A stretch of DNA of 64,000 nt from a virus. Taxonomy: Duplodnaviria > Heunggongvirae > Uroviricota > Caudoviricetes. Shown here one piece after another: positions 45,143 to 55,971 of the stretch. The stretch lies in IMG/VR virus record IMGVR_UViG_3300028454_000679; one strand, given 5' to 3'. The notes beneath the pieces were generated by a model that saw only the letters and a program-made list of their open reading frames with translations, did not search any database and had not been told where the DNA came from. The translations under genes and the position numbers were made by a program. Each line of letters begins with the position of its first letter. Within the stretch, counting starts at the first letter, position 1.

Positions 45143-45445
45143 TTAGTAAGTAACAGTTAACTCGTTGGTACCATAACTCAGATTCCAACCTTTAACCTTG
45201 CTCTGTTTGTCCTCCGGAATATACTGCATAACCATTGCATCCTTTGCCTGTTCCCAAGCAAGCTTATCTGCAAACATGCTCTCCTGGAATGTTGCAAAAA
45301 TTGGGCTTGACAATGCTTTGTCATCTCTATCAAGCTGATGCTCAGTTAAAAACTCTTTTACTATCTGTCGTTTGGTTTCGTACTTCATCTGCTTGAGCTG
45401 AATGTCTGCCACTATCTCTTCATTAACCTTAATTACTTCGTTCAT
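45143..45445 (-). CDS. hypothetical protein
   Basis: 100-aa ORF. Confidence 0.3.
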   Translation of the reverse strand: MNEVIKVNEEIVADIQLKQMKYETKRQIVKEFLTEHQLDRDDKALSSPIFATFQESMFADKLAWEQAKDAMVMQYIPEDKQSKVKGWNLSYGTNELTVTY

Positions 45446-45542
45446 TCTTTAATACCTTGCAGCTGTACACTGCATTCCTTTCTACAATTTGATATTGGAG
45501 TTGATAACTCCTTGTAAATGGTGATAGCGCAAAACTACCACC

Positions 45543-45573
45543 AAAGTAAAACAGCAGGGATTTAACCCTGCTG
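45543..45573 (-). terminator. intrinsic terminator (minus strand) after the MCP gene
   Basis: CAGCAGGG-atttaa-CCCTGCTG followed by TTTTACTTT on the minus strand. Confidence 0.5.
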
Positions 45574-45586
45574 TCGCTTTATCGCA

Positions 45587-47605
45587 CTAAATTTTGTAGT
45601 GTGATAACGCCTGTGCAATAGACTCTGAGTTTTCAGAAAGATCGTCACTAATAGTACTAATCCTGCTGGATTCCTCTTTAACAGTTTGCGCCTCTTTCAG
45701 CAACTTTTGTGTTGTCTCCAGAACAAGTTGTGTACTTGCAGACTGCTCCTCTGTAACAGCTGCCATAGATGTAGCAACGTCATCCACTTCCTTAATACTC
45801 TCAACAACATCAGTAATAGCAGATTCTGTTGTTTCAACCTTGCTGTAAATCTCCTCGAAGGCACTGTCTGTCTCTGCAACAAGATTCATAGAGACTTCCA
45901 TATCAGCTGCTGATTGATTAGCCTGCTCAGATGCACTTTCAATAGATTGAGTGATTCCAAGAACAAGCTCATTAATATTCTGAACAGCCTCCGCAGACTG
46001 ATTAGCTAAAGAGCCTATTTCAGTGGCTACAACTGAGAATCCTCTACCTGCATCACCAGCTCTGGCAGCTTCAATAGAAGCATTAAGAGCAAGCAAGTTA
46101 GTCTGAGAGGCAATCTCTGAAATAGCTTGCGTAATCTCATCAATTTTCTTGGTACTTGCTTTCATCTCAATCATAGAATCGTTAAGATTCTTAACTGTGC
46201 TTTCCAAAGCTTGCATATTGGTGGTTACACTGGACATAGCTTGTTTACCAGTGGTTGTAATTCCAACAACCTCTTGCATCAACTCACCTGCCATACGCCC
46301 CTTGCTAAACAACTCCTGAGAAGATTGTGCCAAGTTTGTAGCACCATTTGCAATATCTTCAGTAGTTGTAGAGAAGTCATTCATGGTTGTATTCATAGAA
46401 TCCATACTACCAGCTTGTACATCTGAGGATTGCGATAGTAAATTGGAGGCTTCTGAAGACTGCTCACTATTACTCTGTAAAGTCGCTGAAATACTGGTAA
46501 GATTCCGCATCATATCTCGGGTAGACCCAATATAGTCATTCAACTTCTCACACAACGTAGTAATCTCATTATTACCGCTCACAACTACTTCTGTTGAAAA
46601 ATCACCATCGTAGATTTGTTCAATGGCACCGTTAATATCCTTCAGTGGTTTAGTGTACTTGCGAATAAGATAATACAAGAAAATGGCAAATAAAGTCGCT
46701 GCTGCAAATCCAACAACAATTGCAACTGTTACTGCCTTATTTACAGTTTTAGCAACAACAGACTTCGGTGTTAAGGAAAGTACAACCCAATTCGTATCAG
46801 CCACAGGTTCACTTGCTAAAACCCAAGAACTTCCATCAGCCTTAAATTCGTACACAGTACCCTTGGTGACACCATCACTTAACTTCACCTCTTTTAACAC
46901 ACTATCGTCTGTAGAGGTAAGTTTCTGGCTGATAAGTTTCATATTCTTTGCAGCAAGAATCTCAGTAGTGTTTGAGTCCACAAGGTATGTGCTACTACCC
47001 TCAGTACCCGCTCTAGCATTTAATTTATCAGAAAGCACAGAGAGGAAGATATCAATGGCTAAAACTTCATTGTCTTTTGTGTTCATAGATGCTGAAATAA
47101 CAAATGAGCCAGATTCATCATCCAAGTACGGAGCACCTGTTACAAGTTCCCCCTTAGCAGCCATAGCATCCTTAAACCATGGACGTTCTGATGGAACCCA
47201 ATCCTTCTCAGGAGCCCAACCAGAGCAGTCAATATAACGATATGGCATACCATTCTCGTTTGGCTCTTTTGCAAGTTTTGTGTCACCTAAATAGTAACCT
47301 GCAGGTGTTGATTCATCTACGTCCTTTGAGCCCATAAGAATATCATGAACATCATCGTCAGTTAAATCAGCAGACCGGAGTGCTAAACCAGTACTCTCTA
47401 CCTTGCCAAGCACGGAACCCCACCATGCAGAAATCTCTTCAGCAAAAGCCTCTGAATTCGATTTTAAATTGGTTTTTGTTAAGCGATTCATTTCGTACGA
47501 AAGTAGTGCTCCTGCTGCTGCAACAAGTGCAAGAACAACCGCAAAGACAAGTGGAATCGCTCTAAGTGTAATTGACATTCTTATAGTTTTTCTTTTCTTT
47601 GTCAT
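45587..47605 (-). CDS. methyl-accepting chemotaxis protein (Cache-like sensor + HAMP + MCP signalling domain)
   Basis: [37 protein letters not shown] is the highly conserved MCP signalling motif. Two TM segments flank a ~280-aa extracytoplasmic domain. Start refined to MTKKRK, with an AAGGAG RBS. Confidence 0.8.
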   Translation of the reverse strand: MTKKRKTIRMSITLRAIPLVFAVVLALVAAAGALLSYEMNRLTKTNLKSNSEAFAEEISAWWGSVLGKVESTGLALRSADLTDDDVHDILMGSKDVDESTPAGYYLGDTKLAKEPNENGMPYRYIDCSGWAPEKDWVPSERPWFKDAMAAKGELVTGAPYLDDESGSFVISASMNTKDNEVLAIDIFLSVLSDKLNARAGTEGSSTYLVDSNTTEILAAKNMKLISQKLTSTDDSVLKEVKLSDGVTKGTVYEFKADGSSWVLASEPVADTNWVVLSLTPKSVVAKTVNKAVTVAIVVGFAAATLFAIFLYYLIRKYTKPLKDINGAIEQIYDGDFSTEVVVSGNNEITTLCEKLNDYIGSTRDMMRNLTSISATLQSNSEQSSEASNLLSQSSDVQAGSMDSMNTTMNDFSTTTEDIANGATNLAQSSQELFSKGRMAGELMQEVVGITTTGKQAMSSVTTNMQALESTVKNLNDSMIEMKASTKKIDEITQAISEIASQTNLLALNASIEAARAGDAGRGFSVVATEIGSLANQSAEAVQNINELVLGITQSIESASEQANQSAADMEVSMNLVAETDSAFEEIYSKVETTESAITDVVESIKEVDDVATSMAAVTEEQSASTQLVLETTQKLLKEAQTVKEESSRISTISDDLSENSESIAQALSHYKI

Positions 47606-47736
47606 AGTAACTCCTTTTATTCGAGTATTTTTTAATTGTACAGGAATTACCTCCATACTCCCTAAATTGTCGATTACCCTCAACGCCGTCATGCAAGTAT
47701 CTGTGAATAAACACCCTCAAGTAATTCCTAACTGTA

Positions 47737-47919
47737 TTACGCTACCTTGTAGTCCATACTGCCCTGGCATTCCTCTACAAGTCCCAATGACAGTAAATGG
47801 TCTAAGTGCGTCTGGACAACATCCAAGTTAATACCAGTTTGAGCTGCTAACTCCTCTGCAGAGGCCTCTGGTATTTTATTCAATGTACAATAAATTAAAA
47901 CAGATAAAGTGTCTAGCAT
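47737..47919 (-). CDS. small winged-helix/HTH-like protein
   Basis: IPEASAEELAAQTGINLDVVQTHLDHLLSLGLVE is an HTH-like pattern. 60 aa. Confidence 0.3.
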   Translation of the reverse strand: MLDTLSVLIYCTLNKIPEASAEELAAQTGINLDVVQTHLDHLLSLGLVEECQGSMDYKVA

Positions 47920-47928
47920 TCTTAACCC

Positions 47929-48396
47929 CTAATCAAAAACTTTTACCTTCAATGCATCCGGATTAGCTTCTGCATTGTGTATACTTACCTTAAGGAATTC
48001 TGAAATCATGGAATCCACACGATTTACAACTTCTGGACTGTATTGTATTGGATGACTGAACAATATGTTCAAATCAATATAGCATCGCGTTGAATCCTTT
48101 AGCAATTCAGAAAGATCTCTTTCCTTACAAATAGCTTCTGACTTCAAAACTGCAATGGCTTTAAAGTCATTAACGTCCAAATCAAGCCCCTGATACTCAA
48201 TAGTACTTAGGTCGATTGACATAATAAGAGGAGTCTGTTCACACTTCTCAAAGATTACCCTCTTCCAATATCTTTCAAATGCGAGCCAAAAAGCATGCTG
48301 AATAATACTTACATACTCCTCATGTGTTGTAATTGGAACTGCTATATCTCTCGGGTCTATTGTAAGTGTATCAGGGAAGTCATAATTTAAAGTCAT
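47929..48396 (-). CDS. hypothetical protein
   Basis: 155-aa ORF. Confidence 0.3.
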   Translation of the reverse strand: MTLNYDFPDTLTIDPRDIAVPITTHEEYVSIIQHAFWLAFERYWKRVIFEKCEQTPLIMSIDLSTIEYQGLDLDVNDFKAIAVLKSEAICKERDLSELLKDSTRCYIDLNILFSHPIQYSPEVVNRVDSMISEFLKVSIHNAEANPDALKVKVFD

Positions 48397-48398
48397 AC

Positions 48399-48884
48399 CT
48401 AACGCTCCTTACGAAAAATAGCGTACCCTGCAGCTGCCAAAGCACTTACAAGTCCAAGAATATAAACTGGCATGCTGTCAGCTGTCTTAGGCGTTTTAAC
48501 CTTTTTCTTAGTAGCTTCTACATCGACCTCAGTATCCTCGGTGTCTTCAGTGTCCTCTGTGGAAGAATCGTCATTCCACGGATCGTAACCTGTGTCTTCA
48601 TCCTCTGTAGGTGTGGTAGTGGTTGAGCCATCCTCAGTGGTACCATTCTCAGTAAGACCTGGGTTTGTGTCCCCATCAGAACGGGTTTTTGGTTTACCGT
48701 AGTCATTGACATCATGCTCATCCTCAACAGTGTCTAAACTGTCAATCTCACTTCCGGTAAGCTCATCGTTAGAACCATCCTCAGTGTACTCTGTGTCAAT
48801 ACCCGTCGCGAATACAGCTGATGGATTTAAAAGAAGAACACCTGTAGCTACCGACATAATAAATAACGCTTTTCTTAACTTCAT
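48399..48884 (-). CDS. acidic T/D/E-rich secreted protein with C-terminal sorting-signal-like anchor
   Basis: Signal peptide. C-terminal KTPKTADS + hydrophobic stretch + RKER tail, arranged like a sortase substrate. Confidence 0.35.
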   Translation of the reverse strand: MKLRKALFIMSVATGVLLLNPSAVFATGIDTEYTEDGSNDELTGSEIDSLDTVEDEHDVNDYGKPKTRSDGDTNPGLTENGTTEDGSTTTTPTEDEDTGYDPWNDDSSTEDTEDTEDTEVDVEATKKKVKTPKTADSMPVYILGLVSALAAAGYAIFRKER

Positions 48885-48986
48885 TGATTTCACTCCTTTT
48901 AAATACAAAGTTAATTCTGTAAGCACTATGCTTACTAAAGGCAAGACTGGTATCGAAACCAGTCACTCCGAAAAGTCACCTGTTGC

Positions 48987-49317
48987 CTATTCGCTCTCAA
49001 AACTCCTGCTATGTTTGAATAAAGAATGATACTCCTTGAGGCGCTTTATCTCCTCAAACAATTCCTTAAGATCCCTCTGCACTGCAGCATTGGTCTCAAT
49101 CTGCACAGAGTTAATCTCTGTCTGCAATGCTATAATCCTTTGGAATTCTTCCATACCGCTATAATCACTCTTAGCACTAACTTCTTTATACTCAGCATTC
49201 CAGGCAAATTTGCAACCGTTACGATTGTATTTGCACTCGCGACATGGTACTTCAAATACACATTGTGCTGCTGGCTTGTACCCAAAAATCTCTTCAAACT
49301 TCTGTGCTAATGTCATA
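48987..49317 (-). CDS. hypothetical protein
   Basis: Start refined to MTLAQKF, giving a tight junction with the upstream gene. Confidence 0.3.
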
Positions 49318-49320
49318 GTT

Positions 49321-49707
49321 CTAATCCCTCCTAAAGTAATGCAAATCACTACACTGCGGTACCTCCACAAGAAGTGCCCCATCTGACGCTTGAATGCACT
49401 CAACTGCACAATGGCACCTAACTGCACTCTCAGAATCAACAACGTCATAAAATACAACACCAAGATTACCCAAGTATTCTTTAAATTCCCTGACACTGTG
49501 AACTCCTCTTGGTGCAGGTAGTCCACTACTCCAACAATACTCAAAAATACTTAAACCATTATCTGATGCAATAAGATATCTGTTCTTCATGCAAAAAGAC
49601 TCTAAGGATTTTCCCAGAGTCTTTTTATACCTTGATGGAAGCGAGTTAAATGCTTTTGCCACAGCTTCGAACTCACATGGTACCCCATCTATAAATACAA
49701 CCTTCAT
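49321..49707 (-). CDS. hypothetical protein
   Basis: 128-aa ORF. Confidence 0.3.
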   Translation of the reverse strand: MKVVFIDGVPCEFEAVAKAFNSLPSRYKKTLGKSLESFCMKNRYLIASDNGLSIFEYCWSSGLPAPRGVHSVREFKEYLGNLGVVFYDVVDSESAVRCHCAVECIQASDGALLVEVPQCSDLHYFRRD

Positions 49708-49861
49708 TCAAACACCCCTAACTCTGTTTGGGTACAACCTAACCGCTTAAGACCACTTCTCAGCCAGCTTGATACACAAACTTCTAACTACACTCATTGT
49801 GTTCTGCCTTACGGCTAGAAGTTTATAAAGTTCGGTACTTTAGAACTGTATCAAGGTGTAA

Positions 49862-49910
49862 ACCAAAACAGTAGGTACTGTACACACTGCCACAGTACCT
49901 ACCAACTTTT
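49862..49910 (-). terminator. intrinsic terminator (minus strand)
   Basis: GTAGGTACTGT-loop-ACAGTACCTAC (11-bp stem), followed by a T-rich tract on both strands. Confidence 0.45.
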
Positions 49911-49927
49911 CTTACTATACAGAGCTA

Positions 49928-50758
49928 TCACCAAATAACAGCTACGTCTACCTTTACACCTGACCCATTTGTTGTAAATGAACCGGTGTCACATACAATA
50001 GCTTTTCCCCTGGATGTTCTTATAATAGAACCACGAGGATGTTCATTAAGATTGCAAGCCACCATAACATACTGACCTAGCATCTTGCACCCATCTGCAC
50101 GTACCCAGTATCGATCATTATTGCCCATGTTGCGCATAATCTGAACAACACCCTCCATAGGTAAGTTGTAATAAGTCTCCTTGCCAGATGGACCATAGTA
50201 TGTCCCACCTCGTTTAGTTAAACAGTCGCCACTTTGGATTCGTTCCTGTAATGCACTGTCTTCCTTTGCATCCTGCGTTACTTTGTCAACTATCTCAACA
50301 GGCATAGTTTTAGAAACGTAATTAAGACTTACCCAACCTTTATTGGTTAGACCCCAATCACCTAGCTTGGCGACAAGTTTAATCTTATCCCGGTAAACAT
50401 ACTGTCCAATAATGTCCGAAACTGTGTCGGGTGCTACACGAATATTCAGCTTATTCACACTACAGTAAACTGTGGACTTCTTAGCTTTCTTAGAAACACA
50501 GACACCCTGTTCATTGACACTAAAATCCTTAGACTTGCTTAAATCCTTGAGTGCAAAGAACATTGGTGTAAAGTTAGCTGATGACTCTAAAGTTAGGCTA
50601 CGCCCGACCTGGTCAGTACTAATCATTGGATACCTAATACCACTACGCAGTGCTTCTGCACTACCACTACCCACTCGTGGGTCTGCTTTAACTGTTGATG
50701 CTACTAATAAAAAAGACAGCATCGCAATGGATGCTGTCGCTTTAATACTACATTTCAT
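49928..50758 (-). CDS. secreted cell-wall-binding/hydrolase-like protein (SH3b + 3D domain)
   Basis: Signal peptide. SH3_3-like VYCSVNKLNIRVAPDTVSDIIGQYVYRDKIKLVAKLGDWGLTNKGWVSLNYV. C-terminal 3D-domain-like GSIIRTSRGKAIVCDTGSF...VDVAV. Confidence 0.5.
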   Translation of the reverse strand: MKCSIKATASIAMLSFLLVASTVKADPRVGSGSAEALRSGIRYPMISTDQVGRSLTLESSANFTPMFFALKDLSKSKDFSVNEQGVCVSKKAKKSTVYCSVNKLNIRVAPDTVSDIIGQYVYRDKIKLVAKLGDWGLTNKGWVSLNYVSKTMPVEIVDKVTQDAKEDSALQERIQSGDCLTKRGGTYYGPSGKETYYNLPMEGVVQIMRNMGNNDRYWVRADGCKMLGQYVMVACNLNEHPRGSIIRTSRGKAIVCDTGSFTTNGSGVKVDVAVIW

Positions 50759-50761
50759 TAA

Positions 50762-51154
50762 CTAATCCTCCGAGTATACAAAAATAACTGAATTTCCTTC
50801 TACTGTTGCTGCATAATTGTAATCAGCAAGTTGTGCTAAGAGTTCCGGTTGAATATCGGTTGATGACTTAACATCAATACGAACTCCTTGATTGGTAACA
50901 ACAGTTACAGCTGCTTTACCACTATCAATGCACTTTACAACATCCTGCCCTTGAACAACCTTACCATTGTAAAGTTCCTCAAGTGTAGGCTCTTTCGGTT
51001 GCTGTTCTTCTACCTGCTCTTCGACTGGATTTACAGCCTCCTCATACCTCTCAACAGCTTGACTCATCACAACCTGTGAGTAGGTAAAGAGAATACAGAC
51101 AAAAGTAAACACATATGCAACTAGCATTGGAACCACTGTCTTTATTACTTTCAT
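50762..51154 (-). CDS. membrane-anchored hypothetical protein
   Basis: Start refined to MKVIKTVVPML, with a GGAGG RBS. Confidence 0.3.
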   Translation of the reverse strand: MKVIKTVVPMLVAYVFTFVCILFTYSQVVMSQAVERYEEAVNPVEEQVEEQQPKEPTLEELYNGKVVQGQDVVKCIDSGKAAVTVVTNQGVRIDVKSSTDIQPELLAQLADYNYAATVEGNSVIFVYSED

Positions 51155-51222
51155 ATTACCTCCTTTGAAACTTATTGAGAAGTTATCTATACTTCTCTGA
51201 AGCACTATACTGCATACACACC

Positions 51223-51633
51223 TTACTTGCGATTTAAGTATGCTCGTAGAGATGCTTGTGCTTTTGATAATGCTGGTGGTATTTGCTCTGCTTGAGTTGG
51301 TACTGACGATGGGACTGACTCTGCGGACTGAGACAAATCACTTACGCAATCGGAAAAGATACTACTAGCATGCAATGCTAAATCCTGTTCAGTTGCACTT
51401 ACTTCCTGTTGCGTGCTAGACTGCTTAATTTGTACACTTTGCGGCTGGGAAGCCTCATTATTAAGAAACTCTCTTAAAAGGGACTTGCCCTCCGTAGACA
51501 AATTTATACCTCTGCCCATTTCATCATTAGGTCCCCATTCCCGAATACTAAAAGTACCACCATCCAGAATACACACTTCTGTCCGCCAATTATTTTTCTT
51601 CTGTTCCAGAACTAGAAGTGTCTCCCGCTTCAT
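51223..51633 (-). CDS. hypothetical protein
   Basis: ORF trimmed to avoid overlap with the upstream gene. Confidence 0.3.
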   Translation of the reverse strand: MKRETLLVLEQKKNNWRTEVCILDGGTFSIREWGPNDEMGRGINLSTEGKSLLREFLNNEASQPQSVQIKQSSTQQEVSATEQDLALHASSIFSDCVSDLSQSAESVPSSVPTQAEQIPPALSKAQASLRAYLNRK

Positions 51634-52300
51634 CGTGTAACCCATACTTTGCATTCATCTCCTTAAATAAATCGAAATAAACTCGTGGAGTGTAAACCCG
51701 TGAGTTAATGCTTCTAAGTGCTTCAACACACTCAGACTTTGAAGTTCGCTTCTGGAACAATGCGTCAAGCTCCCGTGCAATGTCTACCTGCACCTGTGAC
51801 TTCCTACGAATCTGTCTGACCTCATGCAACCTTTTTGCTATTGCCACATAATCCTCATCTGACAGGTCATAAAACTCCAGAATATGCAACAAGTCCTGCT
51901 GCTGCAGGTTTGCAAGGTCTAAAAGACTCTGACTTTCATTACGCGCAGATGATACCTGTGTACACACTTCAAGAACATCAGTAATAGCATTTACATCGGC
52001 AATGTCACTCACACTGAAAACCGCTGATGTAAATCCTCTTGTGTTATTGAAATGACTAAATGCTTCCGAAATACCAGAGTATCCTTCTTGCTCTAACTCC
52101 TCTTCTGAAACAATTCGGACCGATTCAAATACACCCTGTTCCTTGATAGCCTTCTTAGCCTGCGTCTTGGATGTTGCAGTTCCAACATCCTTGATAGTGC
52201 TTGCGAAGTTATTCAAGGACTTATTTAAGAACTGTCCGGTTGCTTCATCCTTGTAATAATAAATCATAAACTCTTGAGTGCAACACTTTTCTAAATGCAC
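51590..52300 (-). CDS. hypothetical protein
   Basis: 236-aa ORF. Confidence 0.3.
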   Translation of the reverse strand: MHLEKCCTQEFMIYYYKDEATGQFLNKSLNNFASTIKDVGTATSKTQAKKAIKEQGVFESVRIVSEEELEQEGYSGISEAFSHFNNTRGFTSAVFSVSDIADVNAITDVLEVCTQVSSARNESQSLLDLANLQQQDLLHILEFYDLSDEDYVAIAKRLHEVRQIRRKSQVQVDIARELDALFQKRTSKSECVEALRSINSRVYTPRVYFDLFKEMNAKYGLHDEAGDTSSSGTEEK

Positions 52301-52605
52301 TCTCCTCCTTGAAATACTAAATGTGAAGCTACCTCACGGTGCTACACTTATTGACAAATTATTATATTGTCGAAATTTCGTAATCTCGGTAATCAAATTA
52401 TTCATGTACTACCAAGATTTAAAGAAAGTATGGTATTTACATACTTGTACATGGCAAAAGTTACTGACACCATAAACTGGAAAGGGACAGAACCCTAAAG
52501 TCCTGCCCTTGAAATTAAGCTAATGCTTGGAAGCAAAGTCATCTTCATTAGTTCCAATTCTTTTGCAGCTATTATGACTATCATTGGCTTTCATAGTAAT
52601 CCTTA

Positions 52606-53448
52606 TCATCTTGTCCGGTATCTATTTATAAAATCATCAACACTTATTATATCTCCTGTTCTAACACTTTTCTGATTGAATACTTTTGGCTCAAGGCTTT
52701 CCATTTTATATTCAATATTTTCATCCTCATTTCCGCCATTAGAATAAATCCATACATTTCCAGTTTTCTTTATCACCGACTTGTAGTCTCTTCTCTTACC
52801 ATTTTCAAAATTCGATTCATGAATTCCTTGCAGTATTCCATTACTATCGAATTCATTTGTTATGCAATAACCATACCATTGATACTTCTTGTTATATTGT
52901 CCTAAAAAATACACCTCGCTACTTCCTTGTTTAAAAGAAAGTAATATAGGTCTACCTATTAGCTCTCTTGCTGTATATTTTCTTCCATTGAAGTCTTCTC
53001 CCAAAACAGTGTCACTATTTAATGAGACCACTGATTCAGAATCATGGTTTGACAAAACTGTCGCAGTATCTTTCTCCTTTGTTGATATCAGTGTATTACT
53101 ATTTTCCAATTCCTTAATCCTCACAACCAAAGAATCTTCTCCATAGTTGATTTGACGATCTAATTCCTTAATTTGATTATTTAACTCATTATTTACCCCA
53201 TCAATTTTAGTGATTATATCTTTATCAGCAGTACTTAACCCTTCGATTTTGCCATCAATCATGCTATCTATATTTTTCATTGCATGCATATTTCCCATAT
53301 ACCATGCAGGAACAGCCACAACTAATCCACTAATAATTGCTACAGTAATAGATGTAATAGCCATTACAATAATGGGATACTCCTTCCGCCATTTGTGTAA
53401 AGCTACTTTTTCGCTTGTTGATATCTTCTCTTGTTTTCCCATAATCAT
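52606..53448 (-). CDS. membrane-anchored coiled-coil hypothetical protein
   Basis: TM segment near the N-terminus and a coiled coil. Confidence 0.35.
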   Translation of the reverse strand: MIMGKQEKISTSEKVALHKWRKEYPIIVMAITSITVAIISGLVVAVPAWYMGNMHAMKNIDSMIDGKIEGLSTADKDIITKIDGVNNELNNQIKELDRQINYGEDSLVVRIKELENSNTLISTKEKDTATVLSNHDSESVVSLNSDTVLGEDFNGRKYTARELIGRPILLSFKQGSSEVYFLGQYNKKYQWYGYCITNEFDSNGILQGIHESNFENGKRRDYKSVIKKTGNVWIYSNGGNEDENIEYKMESLEPKVFNQKSVRTGDIISVDDFINRYRTR

Positions 53449-53530
53449 AACCTTCTTTCCCTCTGTACTATTACATCACCTGCTGTTATTACCCTCTATA
53501 GCTTACAGCACAGTGTGATACCATAAATTA

Positions 53531-53566
53531 GAAAAGGACAAGGTCATAAAATAACCTTGTCCTTTC
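53531..53566. terminator. bidirectional intrinsic terminator
   Basis: AAAA-GGACAAGGT-cataaaata-ACCTTGTCC-TTTC. Confidence 0.5.
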
Positions 53567-53630
53567 TGTGCAGTTACAACTCGCTTCTCTATCCCTATTC
53601 CTGACGTAACTGTTATAATGAATAATATTT
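53567..53630. repeat. intergenic repeat copy 1 (CAGTTACAACTC...ATTCCTGA(C/T)GTAACTGTTAT)
   Basis: About 85% identical over ~65 bp to 55972-56035. Contains the inverted pair CAGTTAC/GTAACTG with a ~32-bp spacer. Confidence 0.45.
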
Positions 53631-53803
53631 TCTAGTTCCTTGACAGTTAATGATTTTTTTTCACTTCTTTGTTTCGATTAAATAAAGTGCTTTTCTGTAA
53701 CATATAAAACTCCCGTTTACTATGATTTCAATGCGTTGAATTAAATAACTAACAATACAAAATGAGACCTAATGGTCTCCTTTACCTGATGAATATCACA
53801 ATC

Positions 53804-54391
53804 TCACCTTTCTGAATTCTTGACATCACATATTTGATTAGACTTACTTATAACAATCTTTTTCTGTGACTTTGAATCCCTGTTAGATTCATCTGTTGTC
53901 GCTGAATCATTTGTGCATGACTGATTTTCATTGAAAGATGTACACAATATATGCAGCTTTCCATCTTTATCCTCAATCTTGAGATTTCGCACATTTGACT
54001 CTTTGTCTGGAATGGTAACATTAAAAGCGTGATTGTAGTCATCTATTTCATAAATCAGATGCTTGAACATCGTAGCACTCAGAATCATTTGACAGGGTAA
54101 ATCTAACTCACATGCAATAATTGACATGTTGGAAAATACCAAGTCACCAACTATAAGATTAGGCAATCTGTATATGTTACCTTTAGCTTTACCTCCAAAC
54201 CCTCCAAATTCTACATTTCGTGATGCAAGAGTTGCACCAAATATAGACAATATCTCTTCTTTTTCTACCCAGATTGGGAATAAAGCTCCTGTATCAAGCA
54301 TAGCAAAAATATTAGTTGATTTTCCAAGATATACAATGGGCCTTTGTGAATGTTCATCTAGAGGTAGTGTAAATTGTTTCATTTTAAACAC
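53804..54391 (-). CDS. retropepsin-like aspartyl protease (putative)
   Basis: FAMLDTGALFPI gives a DTG(A) active-site motif in the correct N-terminal position. Confidence 0.35.
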   Translation of the reverse strand: MFKMKQFTLPLDEHSQRPIVYLGKSTNIFAMLDTGALFPIWVEKEEILSIFGATLASRNVEFGGFGGKAKGNIYRLPNLIVGDLVFSNMSIIACELDLPCQMILSATMFKHLIYEIDDYNHAFNVTIPDKESNVRNLKIEDKDGKLHILCTSFNENQSCTNDSATTDESNRDSKSQKKIVISKSNQICDVKNSER

Positions 54392-54618
54392 CCCGCTATC
54401 CCTAAAGGATTGAGATGATCCGGAGAGGTGTAAACACTCATTATTTCTCCTGTAGTGAATTGAATCATCGCAAGTTCTCCCCTGTCCATCCCAGTATATC
54501 TTACAACTCCAGATAAAATTGTTGAGCCATCTAATTCTGCCTCAGCTATACCAACCCACTGGTCAGGATACTTTTCTACTATTTCCTCCCACGTCATTCT
54601 CTTATTAACTTCTTCCAT
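54379..54618 (-). CDS. hypothetical protein
   Basis: 79-aa ORF. Confidence 0.25.
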   Translation of the reverse strand: MEEVNKRMTWEEIVEKYPDQWVGIAEAELDGSTILSGVVRYTGMDRGELAMIQFTTGEIMSVYTSPDHLNPLGIAGCLK

Positions 54619-54895
54619 AGGAACTCCTCCTTATAAGGCTAACAATTTACTCCTATCTTTACTATAGCACTGATTATGCACATAAACAAGAAAAGAGACC
54701 TAGTGGTCTCCTCGATTTTACTGTTGTTATTTTGCGTTTAGTCTGAGAATAACTTTAAACTGTCATATGGCGGGTTTAATGGATAAATGAACAAGGCTTT
54801 GAAGTCTGTTAAGTAAGAAAAAGAACCACCTTTTCTCAGCTGTGAGAATTGGATGGTTCCTATTTTTCTGATATAGATTTTTCAGTACAGCCATT

Positions 54896-55860
54896 TTAAA
54901 TGGCAATTGGTATATCCTTAATTTGCTCTCCGAACTGGTAATCTTCTACAATTAAATCTTCAGTTGTAAAATCATAAAAATCCTTAATTGCTGGATTTAA
55001 TCTTACCTTTGGAGCTGGATACCCTTCTCTTTTTAATAATTCCTCTATCATTGGGACATGCCGGTCGTAAATATGACAATCTGCAATTACATGAACCAAT
55101 TCCCCTGGAACCATATTACATACCTGTGCAATCATCATAAGAAGGATTGCATACTGAGCTACATTCCATCCGTTTGCTGCAAGCATATCCTGCGAACGCT
55201 GGTTTAAAATACCATTAAGAACCAATTGTCCATCTTCTTCTGTAACATTAAATGTCATAGAATACGCACATGGTTCTAACGCCATTTCATGTAATTCCGC
55301 AGGATTCCACATTGTTGTCATGATACGACGTGAAAATGGATCGTTTTTCAGATCATAAATCACTTTATCGATCTGTGTCATCAGCCAGTGTTCCCCATAT
55401 CGCAACGCGACCTCATGCGCAGGGTGATTTTCTTTGCATGCATGCTCAACTGTGGCTCCTCTTGTAATCTTTACATCTGGAAAGGCTTTTTGCAAACCTT
55501 CTTCCGTCACATCTTTGTACTGATTTCTAATGCCCATTTGATATCCGTAAGCATTTCCAATAAAGCCGTCTTCATCTGCCCATTCGTCCCAAATGTGAGA
55601 TTTTAAATCGTGTACATTGTTAGATTGTTTCTGGTAAATCCATAGGATTTCGTCCATTGCACTTTTTAAATAAATCTTACGAAGTGTAACAGCTGGGAAT
55701 TCCTTTCTAAGGTCGTACCGATTTACAACTCCAAATTTTTCAGGGTGTATGCTGTCTCTCCGTCTGCCCAGTGCGGTCTGACAGCCTGACCTTTTGTGTT
55801 TGTTCCGTTTGTTAAGATGTCTTGGCAGGTTTCTTTAAATAATTCATCTGCTCTACTCAT
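54896..55860 (-). pseudogene. thyA: thymidylate synthase ThyA (B. subtilis ThyA-type) interrupted by a 1-nt frameshift in a homopolymer
   Basis: The C-terminal frame SRRIMTTMWNPAELHEMALEPC...QRSQDMLAANGWNVAQYAILLMMIAQ...ADCHIY is diagnostic. The N-terminal 42 codons (MSRADELFKETCQDILTNGTNTKGQAVRPHWADGETAYTLKN) are in another frame and join at the aaaaattt run (+ strand 55733-55740). Confidence 0.6.
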
Positions 55861-55971
55861 TACAGTCCTCCTCTTTTAAATCATTTACACCATTCACAAT
55901 TATCATGATTGCGACAACTACCTTCAAAACTTTTGCTACCATAATAAGATTTTCTGTGTTCTTTGTGGTGT

